From Antedon mediterranea (taxonomy: Eukaryota; Animalia; Echinodermata), in NCBI RefSeq assembly GCF_964355755.1, contig NC_092670.1, forward strand, positions 9,352,201 to 9,416,200: DNA of 64,000 bases, in the 5' to 3' direction. Positions 26,826-39,400 of the stretch are shown here, one piece after another (position 1 is the stretch's first letter; every line of letters starts with the position of its first letter). Below the pieces are notes generated by a model. That model was not told where the DNA came from. It made no database searches and saw nothing but the letters and a program-made list of their open reading frames with translations. Made by a program: the position numbers and the translations under genes.

Positions 26826-27011
26826 TTTTTTTATTATTATTATTAACTTTACTGCACATTCAGAATACCATTAGATATGGTGGCCCAATGGCCAAATTGC
26901 ATAAAATACAAATATTTTGTAAAGAGTGAATATAAAATCACAGAACAAATAAAAATTGAAGATATACGAAACAGTATAAAAACTATCCATGGCTACAACA
27001 ATCATTTGGAA

Positions 27012-30000
27012 TCATTCTTTTTGCTGCTTTTTTTTCCTCTCTTGACGAAGGCGACGGATGGCAACCATAGCCGATTTCCATTCTTTAAAAGTCACATCAG
27101 ATGTTGCAGCACAATACCAATTTCCATAGTACTGAGTGTGGTTCTTATTTAATCTTGGTTGCTTACACTTTGAGCACACAATCGCAGACGTTCTTGGTTT
27201 GTATATTTTGATCGGTTTCCCTTCCGATATGTCTTTAGCCACTCGTTTTCTGTACAAGAGGGTAGTTCTAGGAATACGAGTACTGCTAGCCTCAGGGACT
27301 GATGGTGGTGGTCTGTTTCTTAGAGTCGCTAGGCCGGAAGTGTTTTTCGGTAGGACAAATGTGAAAGATGGAGCGCTTGTATGAACGTTTAGCACCGCTG
27401 GCTTGGTTAAAGGTTCAAGTAGGGTTTTATCAGAGACAAGTTTGGGTATTGTTGCCGAGATGCCAGATTCCAACACTTGCCGCTCTTGCTTCTTTGACGT
27501 TCTGTTGTACCTGTTGAAAATAAATCAAACACAGTATTTAAAAACTTTAATGTATTTACTGTAGCGTAAAATAACAATCAATAACAAGTAAAAACTCACC
27601 ACTGGATGAGTGTCGTACGATTTATCTCCATCAACTGAAGCTTAGCAAACAACATCAGGTGTCCATTCGATAGCACTTTCCGACGAATGTTCTTGTAGCC
27701 TTTGGTAATGAGCGGCCAGCGCTGGAAACGTTTACCTTCGATAGATACGGTAGATGGATACGCTTCACATAGTTTTGTAATAATGCACTCCATATATCGA
27801 TTGCAGTCCGGCCACTGAGCTGGCCCGGTGTTCTGACCTAAGAAGCATCTTTTAAAAAAAAAACCAAAGAAACAAGTTAGATTTAAGACACATAATGCAA
27901 CAAAGTAAAAAAACGCTGGAAACTGCCTTACCGTCGAGTGCTTTCGACACCAGGTATTACGGAAGTAGTTTTACTTTTCTTGAACCTGCCTTTCGTCAGG
28001 TAATCTTGATGCCGTGCTTTGCGCTTAATGGTTTTGTCATAAGCATCCAGGTTGTTCCACAACTTTGCGACATGTTCAGCATGACTTTGACTTATCACTC
28101 CACTGTCTTCCTTAAACTGCATAAGGTAGTCTGCCAGGGCTTCAACTTTGGCGTAGCCTGGAATGTTGTCCGGTCCAGTGGAATCCTCAAGTTCCTAAAT
28201 TGTAAAATATGAAAACAAAATATATAATCAGACTCGTGCATTGTATTTCAAAACAGAAACAAAATTTGTGAGGTAGAAGCTAATGATACAAATTTAACTC
28301 ACTGTGTCAAAAAGGGCTGCTTTTCCTTCACCATCATCATCATTATCGTCACATGAAGGCAAGGGCTCCAGCTGGGGTGGTGAGGGTTCTTTAGCATTTC
28401 GAGGTTTAAAACAACGCTTAGGTGGTTTGTAGTCTGGTTGAGTCTTGTCATCATACCCTTCATCAACATCAAAAGTGTAAATTTCTTCATCAAAGTCTTC
28501 ATCATAAATGGTATCTGTTTTGACAGGAAATTGAGTTTCGAGCACTTTGTTCGACTGGTTGTACAGGTACTCCACTCCGATGAGTTCTCCAGTGTACTTG
28601 TTTGGAATGATAAAACTTTTGTACACTTTTTTGCCAATCACTTGCTCTGCCAGTATGTTGAGAGCATGCTGATGCAGTCCACTATATGTACTGGAGATGG
28701 GTCCTCCAGACTGGGTAGCGGCTAGTGCACGGTTTGCATTCCATCGAACAAGTCCATCCATCAGGTAAGCTTGGAAATGTAAGTCGCTAGCACGCTCACC
28801 TGAGAAAAAAATAAAACATCCATAATAATGAAATAATACAAAAATCTGTAGATCGGTTTGAAGATTTGGTAGATACCAAATAAAAAGTAATACTGTACCT
28901 GGAATAAACCTGTTAAGGTGAAGATGAAACGATTCCAAAGAAGTGGAGCCTCTTGCGCAACGATATACTGGCAAGGTAACTCCACCCTTAAGCATCTCAC
29001 TGGTTTTTGTGTAGAGCGGGATGCCTTCTGGATCCTGGATGCAGGCGATGTGTCGCTCTTGTGAGCTCCAGATATCCCAGGTCTGTTCAGAGTCTAAGAG
29101 TGGGACGCCCATTGTGTCACGGCCTTCTTCACCATCGAGGGAAGTCAGCAGCTCTCGGATTAGGTTGGCAGTCTCGCGAGTCCCTCGTGTTGTCCTGCGA
29201 CAATGTAAAGCATACTCCTTCTTGCTGATGTTTTTCAATATGATGTCGTCTGTTGGGTTGGAATGCTTCTTGCTTGCAATGAGCTGTTCACGCTTGGCGA
29301 GCTTCAGACGTTCAACATCGTCAGCGCTCCACTCAAAAATGCAAGCGGAAAGACGTTTGAGAAATATCGGATACAACTGATGTGATTCTGTTGAACAAGC
29401 TGCAGCAATTCTCCTCATGAAGTGCCAGATGTCCAGACGAATTTTCATGTCAGGCCAGGCGCTGAACATCTTCCTTATGCTTGAATGACCGCAGCAGTCA
29501 CGGTCGACGTAGAGAATCTCGGGAGGAGGTACGCCTGCCAAAGCATATCGGTTAATGATGCCGTTTGTCATGTTGTTTAAGCCACATCCTTCTGCAGCAG
29601 TCAGGACTGTAATGAGCACCTGGCCGTACTCATTTCCGACGTTTGTTGCCCACACTCCTGTTCCACATGCACGACCGGCTAGCTTCCTTACAATCTGCAA
29701 AAAAACCCAAACAAATTTATTAGGAAGAAAGCTTCCCCACAATCTGCAAAAAAAAAAAAATTCAAATAATTAAAAGTAAATTGCAGAAATAGTATTGTTT
29801 ATAAATTATTTACCCTTTTGGTCGAGTCAATCTTCAACACTCTTCCGAACGTCGATGTGATAGAAGCCTTGAGTTCGTCGATTCTTCCCATTACTTCGTT
29901 GCAGTAGATGGTAAGGAACCATTGGACAGAGGGAACAGGAATCATTTTAGACACCTCATCAAATTTAGAAGCAGCAATGACATAATCATCACGAGAACCA

Positions 30001-30082
30001 CAGAACTTCTTGCAATTTTCTAAGTAGAGAGCCACTCTCTCATTCCACCGCCTTGTGTGTTGTTCTAAGACTTGTTGGCGAA
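27012..30082 (-). pseudogene. Dada-type DDE transposase, 3' two-thirds only
   Basis: Spliced exons with LKIDSTK, LYVDRDCC, LDIWHFMRR and RGSTSLESFH. The 5' exons are missing, and the last exon has a 33-bp in-frame deletion relative to copy 2. Confidence 0.85.
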
Positions 30083-30207
30083 TTCATTTCAGTCTTACAT
30101 AGTAATGTGAAAATACAAAGTGTTGTACATTTCGGAGTAAAAATCTAAATATTGCTATCGTAGATGAAAAACTTGTTTCCTGATGCACTGTATGTGACTC
30201 ATCTGTA

Positions 30208-30605
30208 TACAAAGAAAAGAAAACATTGAAAAATTTACGGTAAAAGGCTGGCAGCAGTTTTGCCAAGGAAAAACCGTAAAATACATGGTTATTTTTGGAA
30301 AACCGTAAATTCTTTAACAGTTCACTGTAATTTAATTTACGGGAAACTGTTTTAATACAGTCTACTGTAAATTATTTTAAATTTCAATGTAATTTTGTTT
30401 ACAAAATCCTGTAAATTGAAAATTTTTTTTACAGTATATTGTAGAACAAAATACAATTAACCGTAAAATAAATTACAAACAAATGTTAGTTTTGCGGTTT
30501 TTGACCGTTACACAATTTACAGTTTAACCGTAAATTTTACGGGTTTTCCTTGGCAAAACTGCTGCCAGCTTTTTACCGTAAATTTAACAATTTTTTTTTA
30601 CAGTG
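30208..30605. mobile_element. CACTG-ended (EnSpm/CMC-like) foldback MITE
   Basis: Right end ..ttttttttACAGTG. Arms aaatttacggtaaaaggctggcagcagttttgccaaggaaaa / ttttccttggcaaaactgctgccagctttttaccgtaaattt. The left terminus is degenerate. Confidence 0.7.
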
Positions 30606-31217
30606 TAAGCGTCCAAATCTTCAAGCGGTAAACAACTGCGTACGAAGTCTGCAGTGAAATTACTGTAGCGTGAAAGCTGCGAACACTGCAGTTTGTGCAC
30701 TGAATTAAACTGTATAGTGTACCTCTTATTAAGCTAGGGATTATCATACAGTTTACTAAATATTTAGGGCTAATCATTGGTTGCGGTGTTAAAATTCCTG
30801 GAAACATTTGTGTGAACAAAACTAGATCGAATTGCTGTCATGAGTACTGATTTGTTGGGCCGTGATTTCAGACGCCTAAGTTATCTATCTAGACTTATTT
30901 TTTCGAATAAATGTACGTACCTATCAGATACACTTGTCTTGTGTCGTATAACAAATAAATACTGTAATAGTTACTGAAGTTACTATTACAACCTCGTCAA
31001 TAAAAAAACAAATATGTACTGTATATGTTTATTCACCTATTTTTGAAAACGCATACTATAAAGTTTCCTTTGTCTATAAAATGACGTAATCATCATAATG
31101 CACATTGTTTACAGGAGTAATTAAAAACCAAATTGTAGTTGGAGAAAAGAAACTACGAAGCATGTTTATGTTATGTTGTGTGCCGTTATGTTTTCACCAT
31201 TGACAGCCATTGGAGTA

Positions 31218-31287
31218 GAGCTGTATCATAGAGGTTGGTGTTTGCCTTCCAATCCTAAGGTCCGTGGTTCAATCCTGATTTAGTGCC
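31218..31287 (+). mobile_element. Degenerate tRNA-like (Gly-TCC-like) SINE head
   Basis: ..tgccttccaa..ggttcaatcc B-box; the stems do not close into a cloverleaf. Confidence 0.35.
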
Positions 31288-31294
31288 GCCATAT

Positions 31295-31850
31295 CAGTGG
31301 TGGCGCCAGCGGGGGGGGAAAGCTGCCCCCCCCCCCCCCCCCCCCCCGTCGGGGAGTATTGGCCATATTTGTCGGGGAGAAAAATATGATCATTTCTTTT
31401 CTGGTAAAAAATAAAACCATATTAAGTGTACTACTATATATTTTAAGTAACTGCGGCATTCCATTTTTGACGTACGTACGATATACTGACAGCGAAGTAA
31501 ACAGTATGACGTGGTACGCATTTGTCTGGCGGTGTCTCTTTGTACGAATCTTTCATGGCTCACTGCGGTATACGCGTCGACATATCTGGGCTGTATCATA
31601 TTACATCCAGGGACCAAAATGTTTATTTTTCAGATTCCAGGCGAAAATCGAAAATTCATTTGCAACTACGCATCGACGTACGTTCATACAGGGATAAAGG
31701 TACTAGTTATGTTCTCACGGTTGAGTTTACGAATTGTTTCAATTTACCAATTACCCTTGGTGTACCGCGTATATATGTTCGCTGTCGATTAAAGGCGTTT
31801 GGGTGGGGGTTCGATTGGGAAAAGGAAGCGGTTGGCCCGAACCATAAAAC
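31295..31850. mobile_element. Truncated hAT-like non-autonomous element related to 33998-35824
   Basis: CAGTGGTGGCGCCAGC terminus. The internal ggtacgcatttgtctggcggtgtc.. is homologous to ~35424-35660. No right TIR seen. Confidence 0.55.
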
Positions 31851-31879
31851 AGGGTCTGGTCACGTTTCTTTTCGCGCAT

Positions 31880-32214
31880 AAATCTCGATCTAGGGTAGAT
31901 GGGTGAATAGGGTGTCTAGGGAAAAAAAAGATGCACCAACCGGATTCGACGCACTTGACTCTTTTAATTAAGAAGAGTAGGCTAGAGCTATAGTTGTGTA
32001 AATAGGCCTACATAGTGAAAGAACTATTTATGAATTCAAGAGTTTAAAAAGAAAACGCAATTTAAAATCTTCGGAAAATACCCACAACTGAGTTATTTTT
32101 AAAACACATGCACTCCCACTACCAGCATCACGTTGTCTTAGCTCGCTCCTCGTGTGAATGCTGACGTCATCACTCTCCAAAAATACACCATTTTCCGCCC
32201 TGGTCCGTGCGCAA
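31880..32214 (-). mobile_element. Possible orphan terminus of a further Dada-like element, ending in GCGCAA
   Basis: Ends ..tggtccgtGCGCAA immediately before copy 2 and has TGACGTCA ~45 bp inside, like the CRE-bearing right ends of copies 2 and 3. It is otherwise not alignable to them. Confidence 0.4.
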
Positions 32215-33084
32215 AGGGTACAGCTCAATCTTCTCACTCGAAACGGTAAAGAACGCAAAAATAAATGGACAAGAAATGGACAGAGCCATGTGGGGTCATT
32301 AAAACTGAATTGGACTGGGTCATTAGATAATGAGGAAACTAGACAATTGGCCAATGGGACCCAAGAATCTAGGAGGTTGTTTTGAATACCGGCATACTAA
32401 AAACTGTCAATTTTAGGGGTTTATCACATGATCGATGTATTAAATGAATAAAAATATTAAATAATAGAATAATAAGACTTACATTTTTTGTTAAAAGTTG
32501 AGAAAGTCGACATTTTTTTTATCCAATTTTCGAAAAATCCTTGTACTACAGTACATGAATTTTGTTTTTTAAAACACGGTAAATTCGACTACAATATGTA
32601 TGTTGTATTAATTGTTAGTTCTTTTAATATGACGAGACGTTTTTTGTTGTGTTTTTAGGGTGTGAATAATTGTCAATCAAAATTGTATATATATGTTAAA
32701 TACTATGTAACTATTTAAAAAACCCACCCTGACTTCTGATTGGCCAACCATATTCCAAGTAGTTTGATAAGTTAGCCTTTTTCAAAAATTTAGACAAAAT
32801 TACCGTTAACTTTGTCTGGGGCTTTTTTTCTAGGCCACATGGTATCAAAGATTTGTGTAACTGTAAGAGGAGTAACTGAAGGTTACTGGATAATAACCTC
32901 TATAGTATGAGCTATTATCAAAATATATTATTAGAATTGGTGGAATGAATTATTTGATTCACATCAAAATGAATTGTAGTGGAATTGCTCTTGAAATAAA
33001 TATAAAATAGTTGAGAATTTACACTACTAAGGAAATAGTCTTGACAAGAATATAGAATTCACCATTTAATGTACACTCAACTGC

Positions 33085-33261
33085 AAAAGTTTCCCCTCTG
33101 CTTTTTTTGTAAGGGCTTGGGACCTTCAAATACAAAGTGCAATGAATGATATAATGTAAATTATAATGTAATAATTAAAACTGAATGTAATTTATAAAAA
33201 TTACAAAATAATTTACAACATTAATCATTGCTCTTTGGATTTGGCAGCATTAAAAACTTTT
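33085..33261 (-). ncRNA. Twister ribozyme (type P1) in the transposase 3' UTR, copy 2
   Basis: Same core as copy 1, with a 9-bp P1 AAAAGUUUU/GAAACUUUU. Predicted cut between 33252 and 33251. Confidence 0.92.
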
Positions 33262-33447
33262 TTTTTTTATTATTATTATTAACTTTACTGCACATTCAGA
33301 ATACCATTAGATATGGTGGCCCAATGGCCAAATTGCATAAAATACAAATATTTTGTAAAAAGTGAATATAAAATCACAGAACAAATAAAAATTGAAGATA
33401 TACGAAACAGTATAAAAACTATCCATGGCTACAACAATCATTTGGAA

Positions 33448-36400
33448 TCATTCTTTTTGCTGCTTTTTTTTCCTCTCTTGACGAAGGCGACGGATGGCAA
33501 CCATAGCCGATTTCCATTCTTTAAAAGTCACATCAGATGTTGCAGCACAATACCAATTTCCATAGTACTGAGTGTGGTTCTTATTTAATCTTGATTGCTT
33601 ACACTTTGAGCACACAATCGCAGACGTTCTTGGTTTGTATATTTTGATCGGTTTCCCTTCCGATATGTCTTTAGCCACTCGTTTTCTGTACAAGAGGGTA
33701 GTTCTAGGAATACGAGTACTGCTAGCCTCAGGGACTGACGGTGGTGGTTTTGCTATCTCGCCAGGAACTGGGATCGACGGTCTGTTTCCTAGAGTCGCTA
33801 GGCCGGAAGTGTTTTTTGGTAGGACAAATGTGAAAGATGGAGCGCTTGTATGAACGTTTAGCACCGCTGGCTTGGTTAAAGGTTCAAGTAGGGTTTTATC
33901 AGAGACAAGTTTGGGTATTGTTGCCGAGATGCCAGATTCCAACACTTGCCGCTCTTGCTTCTTTGACGTTCTGTTGTACCTGTTGAAAATAAATCAACAG
34001 GGCCGTAGCCAGGATCTGTCAAGGGGGGGTTCGCACACTAAGTATTTGGGTCACCCCACCCCCATACCTACCCCCCCCCCCCTCCTGGGGTGGGGCCTGA
34101 GGCGAAGCAAATTTTGTTAAATGACACCCCTAGATGGCCGGAAAAGACACTCTCATGCAGCATGCTACCAATGATGAGCAAAACGATCGTACTTTGACTC
34201 GTGGACTATTTAAACGATAACATTTGTTGCCGTATGTTAGATGCGCGTGCTCTGTGCGGAACCGCCGATTGTTAGATCATTTACTCGATATTTTGTTTTG
34301 CGTTCAAGTTCAATGCGAACGTACGTCTAGGAGAAGCCCCAAAAAAAGCACACTGGGTGAAGGAAAATACAATTCTTATTATAGCTCTATCTATAATATT
34401 TATTTACAGCAATTTGTTGAGGAAATTAAATATGCCAATGTAAATAGGTGATATTGATACATTTGAGTACGTATCGGCGAAGCAAATTTTGTTAAATGAC
34501 ACCCCTAGATGGCCGGAAAAGACACTCTCATGCAGCATGCTACCAATGATGAGCAAAACGATCGTACTTTGACTCGTGGACTATTTAAACGATAACATTT
34601 GTTGCCGTATGTTAGATGCGCGTGCTCTGTGCGGAACCGCCGATTGTTAGATCATTTACTCGATATTTTGTTTTGCGTTCAAGTTCAATGCGAACGTACG
34701 TCTAGGAGAAGCCCCGAAAAAAGCACACTGGGTGAAGGCAAATGCAATTCTTATTATAGCTCTATCTATAATATTTATTTACAGCAATTTGTTGAGGAAA
34801 TTAAATATGCCAATGTAAATAGGTGATATTGATACATTTGAGTACGTATCGGCGAAGCAAATTTTGTTAAATGACACCCCTAGATGGCCGGAAAAGACAC
34901 TCTCATGCAGCATGCTACCAATGATGAGCAAAACGATCGTACTTTGACTCGTGGACTATTTAAACGATAACATTTGTTGCCGTATGTTAGATGCGCGTGC
35001 TCTGTGCGGAACCGCCGATTGTTAGATCATTTTACTCGATATTTTGTTTTGCGTTCAAGTTCAATGCGAACGTACGTCTAGGAGAAACCCCAAAAAAAGC
35101 ACACTGGGTGAAGGAAAATGCAATTCTTATTATAGCTCTATCTATAATATTTATTTACAGCAATTTGTTGAGGAAATTAAATATGCCAATGTAAATAGGT
35201 GATATTGATACATTTGAGTACGTATCGGCTGGTGGTCTAGAAAAAAATAATCGGATGCCATAATGTGAACTACAGTACATGATACCATTATAGTGTAAAA
35301 TATTAATATTCACTATAATCCTCTATGATACATTATACTTCATAGCCACACATAAATACTGATGTATGTCGGAAGGCTATATACTTTATGCATGCTGCCT
35401 GACTGCCAGTGATCTAAACAATTGGTACGCAGTTGTCTGGCGGTGTCCTTTCCTTTGTACGAAACGTTCGTCCCCCAGCTCGCTGTGAGACGCGTCAATA
35501 TCATGTTGAATGCAGGGACCAAACATTTATTTTTCAGGTTAAAATCGGCAATTCATTTGCAACTCTTAGAAATTTACAGACTATATCGCTCGAAGTACGC
35601 TCATACAGGGAAGAAGGTACTGTATGAGTTATTCCGAACGAGTTTACGAATTTTTTAATTTACGAACAACTTTTTGTACTGTGGGGCACGTATTTGGACG
35701 ATTTTCGGAGATGAGGGTGAGGTATTGGGCATGTCGGGGATGGGGGTTCGCAGTCGGTTAAGGGGGGTTCGCTGTAAAGGGGGGTTCGCCCGAACCATAA
35801 ACACCCCCCCTGGCTACGGGCCTGATATCAAACACAGTATTTAAAAACTTTAATGTATTTACTGTAGCGTAAAATAACAATCAATAACAAGTAAAAACTC
35901 ACCACTGGATGAGTGTCGTACGATTTATCTCCATCAACTGAAGCTTAGCAAACAACATCAGGTGTCCATTCGACAGCACTTTCCGACGAATGTTCTTGTA
36001 GCCTTTGGTAATGAGCGGCCAGCGCTGGAAACGTTTACCTTCGATAGATACGGTAGATGGATACGCTTCACATAGTTTTGTAATAATGCACTCCATACAT
36101 CGATTGCAGTCCGGCCACTGAGCTGGCCCGGTGTTCTGACCTAAGAAGCATCTTTTTTAAAAAAAACCAAAGAAACAAGTTAGATTTAAGACACATCATG
36201 CAACAAAGTAAAAAACGCTGGAAACTGCCTTACCGTCGAGTGCTTTCGACACCAGGTATTACGGAAGTAGTTTTACTTTTCTTGAACCTGCCTTTCGTCA
36301 GGTAATCTTGATGCCGTGCTTTGCGCTTAATGGTTTTGTCATAAGCATCCAGGTTGTTCCACAACTTTGCGACATGTTCAGCATGACTTTGACTTATCAC

Positions 36401-39400
36401 TCCACTGTCTTCCTTAAACTGCATAAGGTAGTCTGCCAGGGCTTCAACTTTGGCGTAGCCTGGAATGTTGTCCGGTCCAGTGGAATCCTCAAGTTCCTAA
36501 ATTGTAAAATATGAAAACAAAATATATAATCAGACTCGTGCATTGTATTTCAAAACAGAAACAAAATTTGTGAGGTAGAAGCTAATGATACAAATTTAAC
36601 TCACTGTGTCAAAAAGGGCTGCTTTTCCTTCACCATCATCATCATCATTATCGTCACATGAAGGCAAGGGCTCCAGCTGGGGTGGTGAGGGTTCTTTAGC
36701 ATTTCGAGGTTTAAAACAACGCTTAGGTGGTTTGTAGTCTGGTTGAGTCTTGTCATCATACCCTTCATCAACATCAAAAGTGTAAATTTCTTCATCAAAG
36801 TCTTCATCATAAATGGTATCTGTTTTGACAGGAAATTGAGTTTCGAGCACTTTGTTCGACTGGTTGTACAGGTACTCCACTCCGATGAGTTCTCCAGTGT
36901 ACTTGTTTGGAATGATAAAACTTTTGTACACTTTTTTGCCAATCACTTGCTCTGACAGTATGTTGAGAGCATGCTGATGCAGTCCACTATATGTACTGGA
37001 GATGGGTCCTCCAGACTGGGTAGCGGCTAGTGCACGGTTTGCATTCCATCGAACAAGTCCATCCATCAGGTAAGCTTGGAAATGTAAGTCGCTAGAACGC
37101 TCACCTGAGAAAAAAATAAAACATCCATAATAATGAAATAATACAAAAATCTGTAGATCGGTTTGAAGATTTGGTAGATACCAAATAAAAAGTAATACTG
37201 TACCTGGAATAAACCTGTTAAGGTGAAGATGAAACGATTCCAAAGAAGTGGAGCCTCTTGCGCAACGATATACTGGCAAGGTAACTCCACCCTTAAGCAT
37301 CTCACTGGTTTTTGTGTAGAGCGGGATGCCTTCTGGATCCTGGATGCAGGCGATGTGTCGCTCTTGTGAGCTCCAGATATCCCAGGTCTGTTCAGAGTCT
37401 AAGAGTGGGACGCCCATTGTGTCACGGCCTTCTTCACCATCGAGGGAAGTCAGCAGCTCTCGGATTAGGTTGGCAGTCTCGCGAGTCCCTCGTGTTGTCC
37501 TGCGACAATGTAAAGCATACTCCTTCTAGCTGATGTTTTTCAATATGATGTCGTCTGTTGGGTTGGAATGCTTCTTGCTTGCAATGAGCTGTTCACGCTT
37601 GGCGAGCTTCAGAAGTTCAACATCGTCAGCGCTCCACTCAAAAATGCAAGCGGAAAGACGTTTGAGAAATATCGGATACAACTGATGTGATTCTGTTGAA
37701 CAAGCTGCAGCAATTCTCCTCATGAAGTGCCAGATGTCCAGACGAATTTTCATGTCAGGCCAGGCGCTGAACATCTTCCTTATGCTTGAATGACCGCAGC
37801 AGTCACGGTCGACGTAGAGAATCTCGGGAGGAGGTACGCCTGCCAAAGCATATCGGTTAATGATGCCGTTTGTCATGTTGTTTAAGCCACATCCTTCTGC
37901 AGCAGTCAGGACTGTAATGAGCACCTGGCCGTACTCATTTCCGACGTTTGTTGCCCACGCTCCTGTTCCACATGCACGACCGGCTAGCTTCCTTACAATC
38001 TGCAAAAAAACCCAAACAAATTTATTAGGAAGAAAGCTTCCCCACAATCTGCAAAAAAAAAAAAATTCAAATAATTAAAAGTAAATTGCAGAAATAGTAT
38101 TGTTTATAAATTATTTACCCTTTTGGTCGAGTCAATCTTCAACACTCTTCCGAACGTCGATGTGATAGAAGCCTTGAGTTCGTCGATTCTTCCCATTACT
38201 TCGTTGCAGTAGATGGTAAGGAACCATTGGACAGAGGGAACAGGAATCATTTTAGACACCTCATCAAATTTAGAAGCAGCAATGACATAATCATCACGAG
38301 AACCACAGAACTTCTTGCAATTTTCTAAGTAGAGAGCCACTCTCTCATTCCACCGCCTTGTGTGTTGTTCTAAGACTTGTTGGCGAAGCTGTGATGGACT
38401 GTTACCGAGACCGCGGTACTTTAGAAGCTGCAGGACCCGGTTGTCGCAGGCCAAGTGATACGAAAGTACAACAGGAAACTGAAGGCGATGTGCTAAATCA
38501 AGTTGCTTTAAAATGTTTTCACTCCAGCCAATTTGTCTTTGTTTGCAATTAGAGCACCTCAGTTGCTCTGTTGCAAGAAAGTAGTGGCAGTCTAAATCCA
38601 GGACCGGACGAACGATTCCATGGAGGCCGCCTGATGTTAGTGGATAGCTCTTGCATTCTGGCCGAGGGCAGACCAGCTTGACCTGCCAAGTCTTGCGGGG
38701 CAACCAAAGAAGAAGACGATGACCGAAGTAACTGTTGGCCATGGGTATGTTTTTGTTGAGCGGATCCGGTTGAGGTGGATAATACCAAAGTTGTTTGAGT
38801 TTAGTTGAATCCAACTCTGCAGTCCCCTTCTTCGATTTCTTGAATAAGGTTTTTGAAATCCACTGCTGATCGATCTCGGGCAAGTTCTTCTTCCATTTAT
38901 CTGGTATGAGACAATCTGCAAGAAAAACCAAAACAAAATTGTATAATTAATGAAACTACATTATGTAATTTTCATTTTCTAGTTTTAAAAATCAAACAAA
39001 ATAATTAAAATTACACTGAAATAAACTACCTTCACTCTGTTTGATAGTTATTGTAGTGGATGGCATAGTACTAACAGGTTCATAAGATGTATTTGGTTGA
39101 GCTGTAAGACGGAAAATTAAAGAATATTTAGCAGTAAACTACTTTCATTCGCTATCTACAGTATGCTATAAAGCAATGTATTTAAACAACACGATTTTAT
39201 GATTGAGTATAAATGAATGCATAAAAAAAAACGTAAACCCAGCAAGCCTACAACATACACAGGCACTAAAAATGCAAAACCTAAAATTATTAATTTAGAA
39301 AATGCACAAAAAACACAAATATGGAATAAGTCTTACCTGGTGCATATGAGGTTGATGGTTGCAAAGAAGCATCAAAGACATCAGTACCAGAAAGTGTTTC

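Larger units (their letters stand above)
25778..30082 (-). mobile_element. Dada-like DNA transposon copy 1 (5'-truncated)
   Basis: Near-identical to copy 2 from its left end (agggtacaactcaatcttctc) up to 30082, where homology breaks mid-exon. It starts exactly where the satellite is interrupted. Confidence 0.85.

Noticed and set aside
31218-31287. Functional tRNA-Gly gene as the Dada target
   Set aside because: The acceptor and anticodon stems do not pair, and it is ~900 bp from the nearest element end; at most a SINE head.
34224-35194. Three repeated 67-75-aa ORFs as a small gene family
   Set aside because: They are by-products of the 375-bp tandem unit in a non-autonomous element; the third copy is frameshifted.
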